This document shows, piece by piece, positions 1 to 12,655 of a stretch of 64,000 nucleotides of DNA. Each line of letters starts with the position of its first letter. The first letter of the stretch is position 1. The position numbers and the translations under genes were made by a program. Under the pieces are notes generated by a model. The model had not been told where the DNA came from and did not search any database. It saw nothing but the letters and a program-made list of their open reading frames with translations. The stretch spans positions 22,818,001 through 22,882,000 of the forward strand of contig CM075988.1 of NCBI GenBank assembly GCA_038087875.1, given 5' to 3'. This stretch comes from Malacoraja senta (lineage: Eukaryota).

Positions 1-7
1 TTTCTTA

Positions 8-246
8 GTCAAGTCACATTTATTTATATAGCACATTTAAAAAACAACTCTCGTTGGCCAAAGTGCTTTACATTTGTTATAAGAATAGCATAAACAAAAC
101 AAACTACATACATATATACATGTAGCCCTCATTCAGAGGATGTCAGGAAAGGCTTGGGAGTATAGATAAGTTTTTAGTCTTGACTTAAAAGAGTCGATGG
201 AGGGGGCAGTTCTGATGGGAAAGGGGATGCTGTTCCACAGTCTAGT
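8..246 (-). mobile_element. L2-type LINE 3' fragment
   Basis: Pattern tttatttatatagcac...caaagtgctttaca...gtcttgacttaaaagagtc...ctgttccacag resembles the reverse strand of fish L2 3' ends. Confidence 0.6.
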
Positions 247-3200
247 CTTAGCAAAATTTGTCAAAGTAACCTATTCCCTTCTCCTTTATATGTCTGTCCA
301 TGTTTCCTCTAAATGCATCTATCCTATTTGCTTCAATCTCACCCTATGGATCATGTTCTCCATTCTTTCTTTAAGTAGAGATTGTACATTTATTGACTTT
401 CCACTATAGATGGTCTTTAGTTATGTTCATCCCCACATATAGAAATATTCTCCCTGTATCCACCCTGTGAAAATCTTAATAATTCTAAAGATTTTAGCCC
501 CATTTTCACAAGAGAAAAGAGACGCAGACTGTTTATTCTTTACTGACATGTATTCCCTTGGTTTTCTGGTATCACCCTTGCAAATCCTGCCTGCACTTTC
601 TCTAATGCTCACATATAGGTATGATGCCAGCAGTAGTTTTGTATCAAATTAACTGTTTCATGATCGTAAATGCACCCAGTAAGTACATTTGGCTTTGCAT
701 GAGGCTAAATGATTCTGGAGAATATGTTTTGCTTTTTTTATTTTTAATCGTTGACTTTTTAATTATTCAGAAAACAAGTGCAAGTTTAAAACAGCAAAAT
801 TCATATTTTACATATTGAAATACTATCCTTCAAGCACATTTTGACCTGTTTGCTACTGGCACGGTATTTTTATTTAGCTCTAAGCTGGAACTATATTCTA
901 TAATAAGTAATTCCTTGTCTCAAGTTTTGTTAAAAAATAAATAATAAAGGCATAGAAGAAAGATGGAAACTAGCATGGCCATGTTTACAGAGCAGCACGT
1001 GTCACATTCCTTTAGCTCTGCTTAATTGAATGCTGTACAAAGGCCCATCTATAACGGCACACATACAGCACTTTGGCATATACTGCAGAAATTCCACAGT
1101 CACATGGAGGAGAATGCACAGGGTTTTCTGTATTTAGAGCACCATACTTTAAATTTAGAAGATCTCAACGATTCCTATCAGGGATAGAAATGTATCTTTT
1201 GTTGCCGGTGCTAAATGGACATTGTAATAAAATTTGCCTAATATTTGGTTCATTTGAATGAATGAGATTAAATTTTGGGTTTAGCAACCACTGCTATCGT
1301 GCCCATTTAGCACAACTAAGCTAAAGTTAAATTCTATCTCAATTTCGAAGTCATATAGGATGGGATTAGAAGATAGACATAAAATGCTGGAGTAACTCAG
1401 CGGGACAGGCAGCATCTCTGGAGAGATGGAATGGGTGACGTTTCAGGTCAAGACACTTCTTCAGATGCAGTTTCCCAAGAGTAATTGCAATCATTGCAGT
1501 TATTGGGTGAATTGTACATAGTGCATTTTCCTGGCTCTGCACATTCTATGGTGTACATTTTCAGGGGCATATTAATAACAAAAGAGAAAAATAATACTGC
1601 TGTTCTGAAGGGAATGAGGGTAGACACAAATGCTGGAGAAACTCAGCAAGCGAGGCAGCATCTATGGAGAGAAGGAATTGGTGATGTTTCGGGTCGAGAC
1701 CCTTCTACAGATTATTATATTAGTTGAAGTGAAAACATTACATAAATTGCCAGAAATCTGTTGTATGCCTTTAGTTTGTCAGTTTTTAAGTAGTAACACA
1801 AAAGAGTTGGATAATTTTGCAAATAATTTCCCCAATGTGGACCAGCATTCATAAAAATTGCATGTTGGAGTATGTTATCCAATCCCAACCAAGGTTATGA
1901 GAGCGTAGAATGTCTTTAATGATAGTATCATGGAATTATGTCTAAACTATTACAAAAGTGTGTTCCAGGCTTTGCACCCGCTCTCCGTGAATTAAATAAA
2001 TGTACCAATACCATAGATTGCAATTTCACTTTTGGTTGATTAGTATGTCTATATTAGTGTTATTGGCCTGTAATATTGAGTGGACTGAATTTAAAACGGA
2101 CAAGATTTTTTGTTTCTTTTGCATGGGCCATGTCTACCTCCGAATGTAATTTTGACCTCAGCTATTACATAATGGCGGAGGCTCATTTTGTCATTGCTAA
2201 TAAAATGGCTTGGTATCAGAGAAAAACATCCAAATAGAATGCTTATAACCTGGGATTCAATGGTGAAAAACTGGTTTGCACTACAGAATATTTTAGCATG
2301 TAAATCACGGGTTGTCACAGACGGCTGTGGAAGCAGTCATTGGGTTTGTTTAAAGCGGAGATTGACAGTTTCTTAATTAGTAAGGGTATCAATGATTATG
2401 GGGAGGAGGCTGGAGAATGGGTTTGAGGGAAAGATGGATCTGCCTTGGTTGAATGGTGGAACAGACTCGATGGGCCGAATGGCCTAATTCTGCTCCTAAA
2501 ACTTATGAACTTGTCTGTACATTTGCTTGTGGATGGCTTTGCTTTCAGATTTTGTTAACCTACGCGCAATTCAACTTTTCAGTAGTTGTGATTCATTTGT
2601 ACTTTTATTAAAATATAACATCTATCATTTTTTCAGTCCACGAGTCCACTTTAGCATTCCACGTAAAGGTTAAACATTTGTTTTGTTGACTTGGCTGATA
2701 TCATGAGATACTTTTTCATAACATCTGGAATGCTTAGAATTTGGATCAAATCAACATAGAAATATAGGAACAAGAATACACCATTGTTCCAGTCAAGGGC
2801 CTATTTTGCTATTCGTAAAATTGTGACAAATCTGGACCACAAATCCAATTTCCTGCTTTGGTCCAAATTGCTTGATAACTGTACCTAACAGAAATCTCTC
2901 TCTCTCAGTCTTAAAAGCTCTAGTTGTCCTAGCATCCATTGATTTTGAAATACTACCAGCCTTGGACTGAAAATGTGTTTCCTGATTGTGCTAGCTTGCA
3001 TTATAAAACAGTATGGTTGCGAATGTGGACTTAATGCCTCAATTTAGCAATGCTTTTCTGAAAGGAGTGTTTGAAAAGGAAAGAATGACTTGTATTTATT
3101 TAGTGGATTTTCCTTTCTCAGCACTTCAAGCACTTCACAATCAATTAATTGATTTTGAAGTGGAGATGCTGGAAGCCAGTTTACAAACCAAATGCTCCAA

Positions 3201-3414
3201 TGACATTTGAAAGACTTCAGGATAGGCACATGGATATGCAGGGAATGGAGGGATATGGATTATGTGCAGGCAGATAAAAGTTGGTCTTGGCCTCAGGTTC
3301 GGCACAAACATTGTTGACCGAAGGGCCTTGCTTCTGTGCTGTACTGTTCTCTGTTCTAACATAGTGATAATGAGCAGATAAACAGTTTCTGTGATGTTCA
3401 CATAGAACCCTATT

Positions 3415-4305
3415 TAATGTTTGGAACCAAGACCCATCATTTATTTATTTGCCTCTGTACTCCACAATTTGAGATTTGTAATAGAAAAAAATCACATGTG
3501 GTTAAAGTGCACATTGTCAGATTTTAATAAAGGCCATTTTTATACATTTTGGTTTCACCATATAGAAATCACAGCCGTGTTTATACTCATTTCAGGGCAC
3601 CATAATGTTTGGGACACAGCAATGTCTTGTAAATGAAAGTAGTCATGTTTAGTATTTTGTTGCATATCCTTTGCATGCAATGACTGTTTGAAGTCTGCGA
3701 TTCATGGACATCACCAGTTGCTGGGTGTCTTCACTGGTGATGCTCTGCCAGGCCTGTATTGCAGCCACCTTTAGCTTATGCTTGTTTTGGGGGCTAGTCC
3801 CCTTCAGTTTTCTCTTCAGCATATAAAAGGCATGTTCAATTGGATTCAGATTGGGTGATTGACTTGGCCACTCAAGAATTGACCATTTTTTAGCTTTGAA
3901 AAACTCCTTTGTTGCTTTAGCAGTATGTTTGGGATCATTGGTAGACAAAAGTGCTGGAGAAACTCAGCGGGTGCAGCAGCATCTATGGAGCAAAGGAAAT
4001 GGGCAACGTTTTGGGCCGAAACCCTTCTTCGGACTCTTGCTGTAGAATGAATCGCCGGCCAATGAATTTTGAGGCATTTGTTTGAACTTGAGCAGATAGG
4101 ATGTGCCTATACACTTCAGAATTTATTATGCTATTACCATCAGCAGTTGTATCATCAATGAACGTAAGTGAGCCAGTATCTTCAGCAGCCATGCATGCCC
4201 AGGCCATAACACCCCCACCACCGTGTTTCACAGATGAGGTGGTATGCTTTGGATCTTGGGCAGTTCCTTCTCTCCTCCATACTTGGCTCTTGCCATCACT
4301 CTCAT
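3415..4305 (-). mobile_element. Tc1 transposon, 3' half, interrupted by a Penelope-derived insert at 3941-4034
   Basis: ORFs 3649-3948 and 3983-4357 give transposase motifs (KHGGGGVMAWACM, WPSQSPNLNPIE). The terminal repeat matches the element at 9209. Confidence 0.92.
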
Positions 4306-4426
4306 ATGTCCTATCTGGGACACATAATTTCATTGTCCTATCTGGGACACATGACAATAAACACTCTTGAATCTTGAATCTTGATTGTCATACTTGTTGT
4401 AGAAAGTCAAATTGGATTAATTCTTT

Positions 4427-4559
4427 ATGTAGGAAAGAACTGCAGATGCTGGTTTAAACTGAAGATAAACACAAAGAGCTGGAGTAACTCAGTGGGTCCG
4501 ACAGCATCTCAGGAGAAAGGGAATTGGTGACGTTTTGGGTCGAGACCCTTCTTCAGACT
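4427..4559 (-). mobile_element. PLE pLTR-derived short repeat (related copies at about 1371-1465, 1619-1712, 4833-4957, 45620-45805, 53380-53500 and 58270-58495)
   Basis: Shared gctggagtaactcagcggg...gcagcatctctggag...gtgacgtttcgggtcgagacccttcttcagact motif. Confidence 0.75.
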
Positions 4560-5089
4560 TCATTGTTGTGCAGTCTGCGAGGGTTTGAATCTTTCATTTT
4601 TAAAATAGATTGATTCAATTAAAAACTTCAATAAATAATATGCATAATCTTTCAATCTATATGTGCAACGAAACTGAAATAGCAACGTGTGCATTCTGTA
4701 CATTTACAGCTGGATTGCCAGGTATCTCCGACTTTCCTCATGCATAATGACTATCTTTATTACCCATCATTCTTGCAATGGAATACAAATCATTTTCAAA
4801 TGCCAATGGCTAATATTTTTTTGTAATGCTAGCCTCAATGAACTGCAGATGTTGGTTTGCGAAAAAACAACCACAAAGTGCTGGAGGAACTCAGCGGGTC
4901 AGGCAGCATCTCTGGAAGATATGGATAGGTGATATTTTGTTTTGGGATCCTTCAAACTGTAATGCTAGTGTAGGTACTGTGGAGTTCTCATGTCATGGCT
5001 CTTTACAAAGCAAATCACCGACAAGTCTATCTATTTAATTCAATGTGATCCTTAATTGCATCATGGCCCTTATAAAGCCATTTGTGTTG

Positions 5090-5670
5090 ACATCTTCTTT
5101 CTTTCTATTGTGTTTGGACCATATCCTCTTTCCCATCAATGTGCCTGTCCATCCAAGTGTCTTTTAATTGCCTTGATTGTACCTGTCTCTACTAATTCAT
5201 CTGGCAGTTCATTCCATATCCCATTACCCTCTTTGTGAAAAAAAGTTGCCCTTCAGGTTCCAATTAAATCTTTTCTCTCTCAACTTAAACCTATGCCCTC
5301 TAGTTCTTGGAAACTAACAGTACATTCACCCTATCTATTCACCTCATGATTTTATAAACTTCTGTAAGACCACCCCCTCAGCCTTCGGCACTCCAAGGAA
5401 TGATGTCCTAGCCTTGCCAACCTCCCCCTATACCTCAGGCATTCGAGTCCTGACATCCTCATATATCGTCTCTCCACTCTTTCCAGCTTAATGATATCTG
5501 ATATAAGTAGCAGAGTAACTAAAACTGAACACAATACTCCATGTACGGTTACATCAACATCGTGTACAACTGTAACAAAGTCTCCACTTCTATACCCAAT
5601 TCCCTGTGATAAAGTCTAGCATGTGAAAAGCCTTCTTCACCACACCACTTTCTGGGAACTATGCACTATA
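5090..5670 (-). mobile_element. Old CR1-type LINE 3' fragment
   Basis: ORF 5352-5534 reads IIKLERVERRYMRMSGLECLRYRGRLARLG, a CR1 ORF2 C-terminus. Confidence 0.75.
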
Positions 5671-6186
5671 CCAGATGTCGAGACAGGACATTTGGATTTT
5701 GTGTAATTCATAAAGTGTTCCCTAAATTATCAGGCAGTTTTGTTGATAACCATAGAAAATAATAGCTCCATGGTGTATATATATATTCTTCAGGCTTTTC
5801 CTTTATTATTTCTTTATTTTTTAATTTTATTTTCCTTCCGTGCAATCATGCAGACCTTTGATTTTATACCCAATTTCCTCCAGGATTGTATTCTTTAGTT
5901 TTTTCTTCACCATCACCATTCCACTGATATGTGTATGAATGGTTGTTCAGTAGTCCATATGCTTATTGTGAAAGCCATACATCATATTCTGAAAGAAAAT
6001 TAAGTATTCGGCATGATTGTCATTAAATGCCAGCATTGAATTTTAGCAGTTGGGTGCAAAGAGATTCTTCCAAGAAGGCCCTTTGAGTGGAAGGATCAGG
6101 TTTTACCCAGAGAAATTATGTTTTTATTAGTTAAAACCGAAATATTAAAGACCGATAGCATATATAATCTTCGACACTTCTTACAA

Positions 6187-6390
6187 TGTGTAGGGAGGAA
6201 CTGCAGATGCTGGTTTAAACTGAAGACTGATACAAAAAGCTGCATTATCTCAGCAGGTCAGGCAGCATCTCTGGAGAAAAGGAATAGGTGACGTTTCGGG
6301 TCTGAAGAAGGATCTCGACCCGAAATGTCACCTATTCCGTTTATCCAGAGATCCTGCCTATCCCGCTGAGTTACTCCAGCATTTTGTGTC
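6187..6390. mobile_element. Fold-back PLE pLTR insert
   Basis: About 75-bp inverted arms with ctgaagaagg at the apex. Confidence 0.75.
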
Positions 6391-6589
6391 ACTTCTCTTC
6401 CTATGACTTACCCCCGCCAAGAAGATCATTAGCTCACGTTTTTCTCCATCTTGTAAATTGTCCTGAGTTAGATGCTGTCATTGTTCCTTTGTTGTTGTTA
6501 GGTATGCATCCTTGCACTTTTTATTTAGTACCAGTGTCAGAGCTTCAAGGAATGCAACAGATCACAGAGTAAGCCTAAAAAGATGTAGA

Positions 6590-7445
6590 CATCATCATCC
6601 CCTCCAAGCTGGTTACCTAGCTCACCGAACTGGGTCTCTGTACATCCCTCTGCAACTGGATCCTGGACTTCTTCATCATCAGATCACAATCTGTACGATT
6701 TGGCAACAGCACTTCCTCCTTGATAACCATCAGCACAGGAGCACCTCAAGGCTGCAGTCTCAGCCCCTGCTCTACACACTCACAGTTCAAACTCCATCTT
6801 CAGGTTTGCCAACAACACCTTCGTTATTGAACGCATTACAGATAATGATGAGTCAGAGTATAGGAGGGAAATAGATCGACTGACCAAATGGTGCCAGAAC
6901 AACAGCCTTGCTCTCAGCGTCAGTAAGACCAAGGACCTGATTGTGGACTTTGGAAGAGGAAGGACAAGGATCCATAAACATGTCTTCATTGACGGGACTT
7001 TGGTGAAGAGAATCAAAAGCTTCCAATTCTTGGCCCTGCATATCTGTGATGATTTGTCATACCCAGCACATTGAAGCAATCGTAAAGAATGCCTATCGAC
7101 ATCTCTACTTCCTTAGAAGATTAAGGATATTTGGTATGTCAGCGAATACTCTCTTCAAATTCTACAGGTGTACAGGAGAGAACATATTGACTCATTGTAT
7201 CATGACCCGGTTCAGCCGCTCGAATGCCCAAAGAGAAAGATTGCAAAAAGTAGTGAACATTACACAGTCCATCACAGGTACTGACCTCCTACCATTGAAG
7301 GGATCTACAAGAGTCGCTGCTTCAATGCCAAGACTCACACCACCTTGGCCACTTGCTCTTTTCACTCCTGCCATTGGGAAGAAGGTATACGAGCCTGAAA
7401 GCTTTAACGTCCAGTTTCAGGAGCAGCTTCTTCCCTACAACCTCC
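6590..7445 (+). mobile_element. Degenerate Rex1/Babar-type LINE, RT C-terminal fragment
   Basis: Cross-frame motifs [50 protein letters not shown]. Confidence 0.8.
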
Positions 7446-8684
7446 AAACAGGCTCCGAACTCTATTAGCTTGGGGTCATTATTTTTTACTTTGCACTATT
7501 ATTGTTTGTTTATTTGTCTTTTTTGTGTGTGTGTGTGTGTGTGCACGTGTGTGTACCTATATATATAATATCAGCAATCTTTAACTGAATTTGGAAAAAG
7601 GAAGTTTCTGATATTGCCATATGTCCGAAATTGGAAGTCAAAACTGTGCTGTAGAGCATTAAATTGTGCATTTGGCATCACTGTGATTTTTCTCTTTGGT
7701 TGAATGTACAAAATATCCTAAAAGAAAGCCAACCATTCATTGTACATGGTCAGTTTCCCCAGTTGCTGTAAATGTTGCTTTTGAAAATTTACCAGGAAGT
7801 ATGAAAGTTCAGTCCGGCAAAGAGCTACTATTTAACTTTTCTCCTCGAGCCTCAATGTAGCTGTCTACATTTTGGCATCTCCTTCTGTAGCAACCTGAAT
7901 GCAATGAACCTATACACCAGTGATCTAGCATAGAACAGGGATTTATTGTAGTTGGGCTGCGATTTGGAAGTAATGGTCTTTCTGGTAATGTCACAGGGGA
8001 CAGAATGCTTCTTCAAATTATACATACTTAAGGGTTCAATATTCTGGTTTTAACTACTAAAACATTCTTCAGTATTTGCTTTTGGTGGCTTGAATTTGAA
8101 TGTTAGTTATAGTTGGCTTTTCTAAAATATGTTACTGGATGGATATGGTTCCAAACTAAACACTTGCCTAATGGATTAGTTGCCTTTTCTTGACATTAAT
8201 TCTTTTTGTGTTGGTTAAAATAAAATATCTATGAAAAGATTTGTCAGTTGTTCAGGGAGGTAATGCAGTAGCGAAAGTGGAGCATAATGAAAAAGCACAG
8301 GTAGTTCTGCTTTAACGTGTTGCCGTAATATGAATTGTCTACAACACTAGTGATGAATGAGGGAGCATTATATGCACTACGAGCACCAAATCAGCTATAA
8401 CACTATTTCAAGAAGGAATTACCAATTACTTTGGAAATTGACAGGCAGGAAAAGAAAGCTCCTGGCTCCGAATCCCTTTTCACCAATCAACACGATTGGC
8501 TTCATAACTCTATCTTTTCGTAACACAAGGTTTCTTCGGAATGCAACTATTGTTTTATAGCTGAACTCCATGTATGTAGATTTTGCTCTTGATAAATTTA
8601 CCAACAAGTACATTTAACTTTTTGTTTGGTATCACAACAATGTATTGGCTGTGAGCCAGAAAAGTGTGAGGTATCACCTGTTGA

Positions 8685-8909
<225 letters not shown>

Positions 8910-9208
8910 GTATGTAGACTTTAATTTGCCTCTGTTTATAAACTACTGAATTCTATATTAAGTACTTTTGCTTTGTTGCAGAGCAAATGTGACACTAAAT
9001 AAATTATGGTCAAAGTAGAATACAAATGTCATATTTCACTGTTACCTATGGCTGATTTTTTTTGTGCCATTTATTTTTTTCATAAGTATTGTATGATATG
9101 CACTATTTTGCTATTTCTTTTTTGATGAGAACAGATTTGCAAATTTGACATGCTTAACCTTTACATGGTATCTGTGTATAGGAGAAGAGAAAAGAGATAG
9201 GAGATACA

Positions 9209-10838
9209 CAGTGCCCTCCATAATGTTTGGGACATTATTTATATATTTGCCTCTGTACACATTTTGATATTTGTAATAGAAAAAAAATCACACGTGGTTA
9301 AAGTGCACATTGTCAGGTTTTATTAAAGGCCATTTTAATACATTTTGGTTTCACAATGTAGAAATTACAGCAGTATTTATACATAGTCCCCCCATTTCAG
9401 GGCACCATAATGTTTGGGACACGTGGCTTGACAGGCCTTTGTAATTGCTCAGGTGTGTTTAAATGCCTCCTTAATGCAGGTATGACTGCTCTCAGCACCT
9501 AGTCTTTCCTCCAGTCTTTCCATCACCTTTGGGAACTTTTATTGCTGTTTATCAACATGAGGACCAAATTGTGCCAATGAAAGTCAAATAAGCCATTATG
9601 AGACTGAGAAACAAGAATAAAACTGTTAGAGACATCAGCCAAACCTTAGGCTTACCAAAATCAACGGTTTGGAACATCATTAAGAAGAAAGAGAGCACTG
9701 GTGAGCTTACTAATTGCGAAGGGACTGGCAGGCCAAGGAAGACCTCTACAGCTGATGACAGAAGAATTCTCTCTATAATAAAGAAAAATCCCCAAACACC
9801 TGTCCGACAGATCAGAAACACTCTTCATGAGTCAGGTGTGGATTTGTCAATGACCACTGTCTGCAGAAGACTTCATGAACCGAAATACCAAGGCTATACT
9901 GCAAGATGCAAACCACTGGTTAGCCACAAAAAAAATGATGGCCAGGTTACGGTTTAACAGGAAGTACTTAAAAGAGCAACCACAGTTCTGGAAAAAGGTC
10001 TTGTGGACAGATGGAATGAAGATGAACTTATATCACAGTGATGGTAAGAGCAAAGTATGGAGTAGAGAAGGAACTGCCCAAGATCCAAAGCATATCACCT
10101 CATCTGTGAAACAAGGTGGTGGGGGCGTTATGGCCTGGGCATGTATGGCTGCTGAAGGTACTGGCTCACTTATCTTCATTGATGATACAACTGCTGATGG
10201 TAGTAGCATAATGAATTCTGAAGTGTATAGACACATCCTATCTGCTCAAGTTCAAACAAATGCCTCAAAACTCATTGGCCGGCAGTCCATTCTACATCAA
10301 GACAATGATCCCAAACATACTGCTAAAGCAACAAAAGAGTTTTTCAAAGCTACAAAATGGCCAATTCTTGAGTGGCCAAGTCAATCTCCCGATCTGAACC
10401 CAATTGAGAATTCCTTTTATATGCTGAAGAGAAAACTGAAGGGGACTAGCCCCCAAAATAAGCATAAGCTAAAGATGGCTGCAATACAGACCTGGCAGAG
10501 CATTACCAGATAATTCACCCAGCAACTGGTGATGTCCATGAATCAAGCAGCTATTGCATGCAAAAGATATGCAACAAAATACTAAACACTTCTACTTTCA
10601 TTTACATGTCATTGCTGTGTCGCAAACGTTATGGTGGCCTGAAATGGGGTACTATGTATAAACACTGCTGTAATTTCTACATGGTGAAACCAAAATGTAT
10701 AAAAATGGGCTTTATTAAAATCTGACAATGTGCACTTTAACCACGTGATTTTTCTTCTATTACAAATCTCAAATTGTGGAGTACAGAGGAAAATAAATAA
10801 ATGACGGGTCTTTGTCCCAAACATTATGGAGGGCACTG
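9209..10838 (+). mobile_element. Near full-length Tc1 (DD34E) transposon with long IR/DR terminal repeats and a degenerate transposase
   Basis: Ends cagtgccctccataatgtttgggaca and tgtcccaaacattatggagggcactg; inner DR ccataatgtttgggacac near 9406-9422. HTH plus GRPRK motif, VLWTD...QDND-(34)-PIE. Frameshifts and stops are present. Confidence 0.96.
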
Positions 10839-11527
10839 TTTCCTCACAGAATGAAGTGGGAAGTATTTAAAAGAGGAACTATTAATCAAAGAACAGCAAA
10901 GGATAATTATTTTTGCACCTGGTGTAGATGTAAATAGCATTAAGAAATCTCTTCATATCTTTACGAACATCAACCAATGGTTCTTTAAGTACATCTTTAT
11001 CTCCTTGACTTCACCGTGATGTAGTATTTTTTTGCATCTCTAAATCTTGTTTTATTAAATAACACTTTACTATTTGCTCTAATTCATTACATCATTACAT
11101 AAAATGAACAATGCAGTCTAGTATGTGATGATGTTTATATGCCATAGATGCTTCCTTCCACACCAAATATCAACATTACCTTGTATTTCATTCAGTTTTT
11201 TCTTTGCTTAGCTTCCCCTTAATTACATTGCTGCCACATCTTGTGGTAGAAAATTCCACAGTTGTTGGATAAAGAAACTTCTCTATAATTTCCTATTAAA
11301 TGTATTAGTGACAATGTTAGTGTCACCTTACATATGGCAGAGATACAACTTGATACAAGATACAACAGCTTGGAATTATCTAAAAAGTACTAGTGATTGA
11401 TAATGATAATGTCAAAACAATTGAATTGTCATAAAAAGATCTACCTGGTTCACTAATTTCCTGAAGGGGAGGAAATCTGCCTTCCTTATGCAGTGTGCCA
11501 ACAATGATCATGTCCCTGAAAATGAAT

Positions 11528-12104
11528 TAGAAACATAGAAACATAGAAAATAGGTGCAGGAGGCCATTCTGCCCTTCGAGCCAGCACCGCCATTCATTAT
11601 GATCATGGCTGATCGTCCCCTATCAATTACCTGTGCCTGCCTTCTCCCCATATCCCTTGACTCCACTAGCCCCTAGAGCTTTATTAACTCTCTCTTAAAC
11701 CCATCCAGTGATTTGGCCTCCACTGCCCTCTGTGGCAGGGAATTCCATAAATTCTCAACTCTCTGGGTGAAAACGTTTTTTCTCACCTCAGTCTTAAATG
11801 ACCTCCCCTTTATTCTAAGACTGTGGCCACTGGTTCTGGACTCGCCCAACATTGGGAACATTTTTCCTGCATCTAGCTTGTCCAGTCCTTTTATAATTTT
11901 ATATGTTTCTATAAGATGCCCCCTCATCCTTCTAAACTCCAGTGAATACAAGCCTAGTCTTTTCAATCTTTCCTCATATGACAGCCCCGCCATCACAGGG
12001 ATCAATCTTGTGAACCTATGCTGCACTGCCTCAATCACAAAGATGTCCTTCCTCAAATTAGGAGACCAAAACGGTACACAATACTCCAGATGTGGTCTCA
12101 CCAA
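11528..12104 (-). mobile_element. CR1 LINE 3' fragment with (TTTCTATG)n tail
   Basis: LVRPHLEYCV..WSP, LEFRRMRG.LIETYKI; gaaacata repeats at 11528-11550. Confidence 0.93.
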
Positions 12105-12655
12105 CATTTTCACCAACATTAAGTAGCTTCTTATGGCAGCTCCCTTGAAAGATTGTGATGAATCAATTATTCCTCTCCTTTGTCATACTGATTTTGTATT
12201 TGTGTTTTGCAATCTCAGCTTGGCTTTCAATGTGTTTTTACAATGTATTATCTGACTATCAAGGTAATATGTGATCTAAACTAGCAACAGCTTAAAAGAT
12301 TTTAATATTTTAAACTACCTTCAACTATTTGGCTGTTTCTGCTTGGTGTAAGAAACTGCTGTAGTTTTGATAACTACATGAACAATGGGCACAAATGCTA
12401 TCCTAATCCATTTAAATTCCTACTTCCAGATACAAAAGTATTGCTCTCAGCTTAATGGTTGATTTGATTGTGGTATCAGGTTTTATGATAATTTATACAT
12501 GAATCAATTGATCAGATTCTTAGCTAGCTGTTTAGGTTAGATATACACTTGAAATAAACCAGGTGCAATTAGTGCAAGCATGCATCTTAAGGATAATTAG
12601 ACATCCTTCATTAGCAATATAAAAATCTAAGACCTCATTCATCATGTTGGCATAT

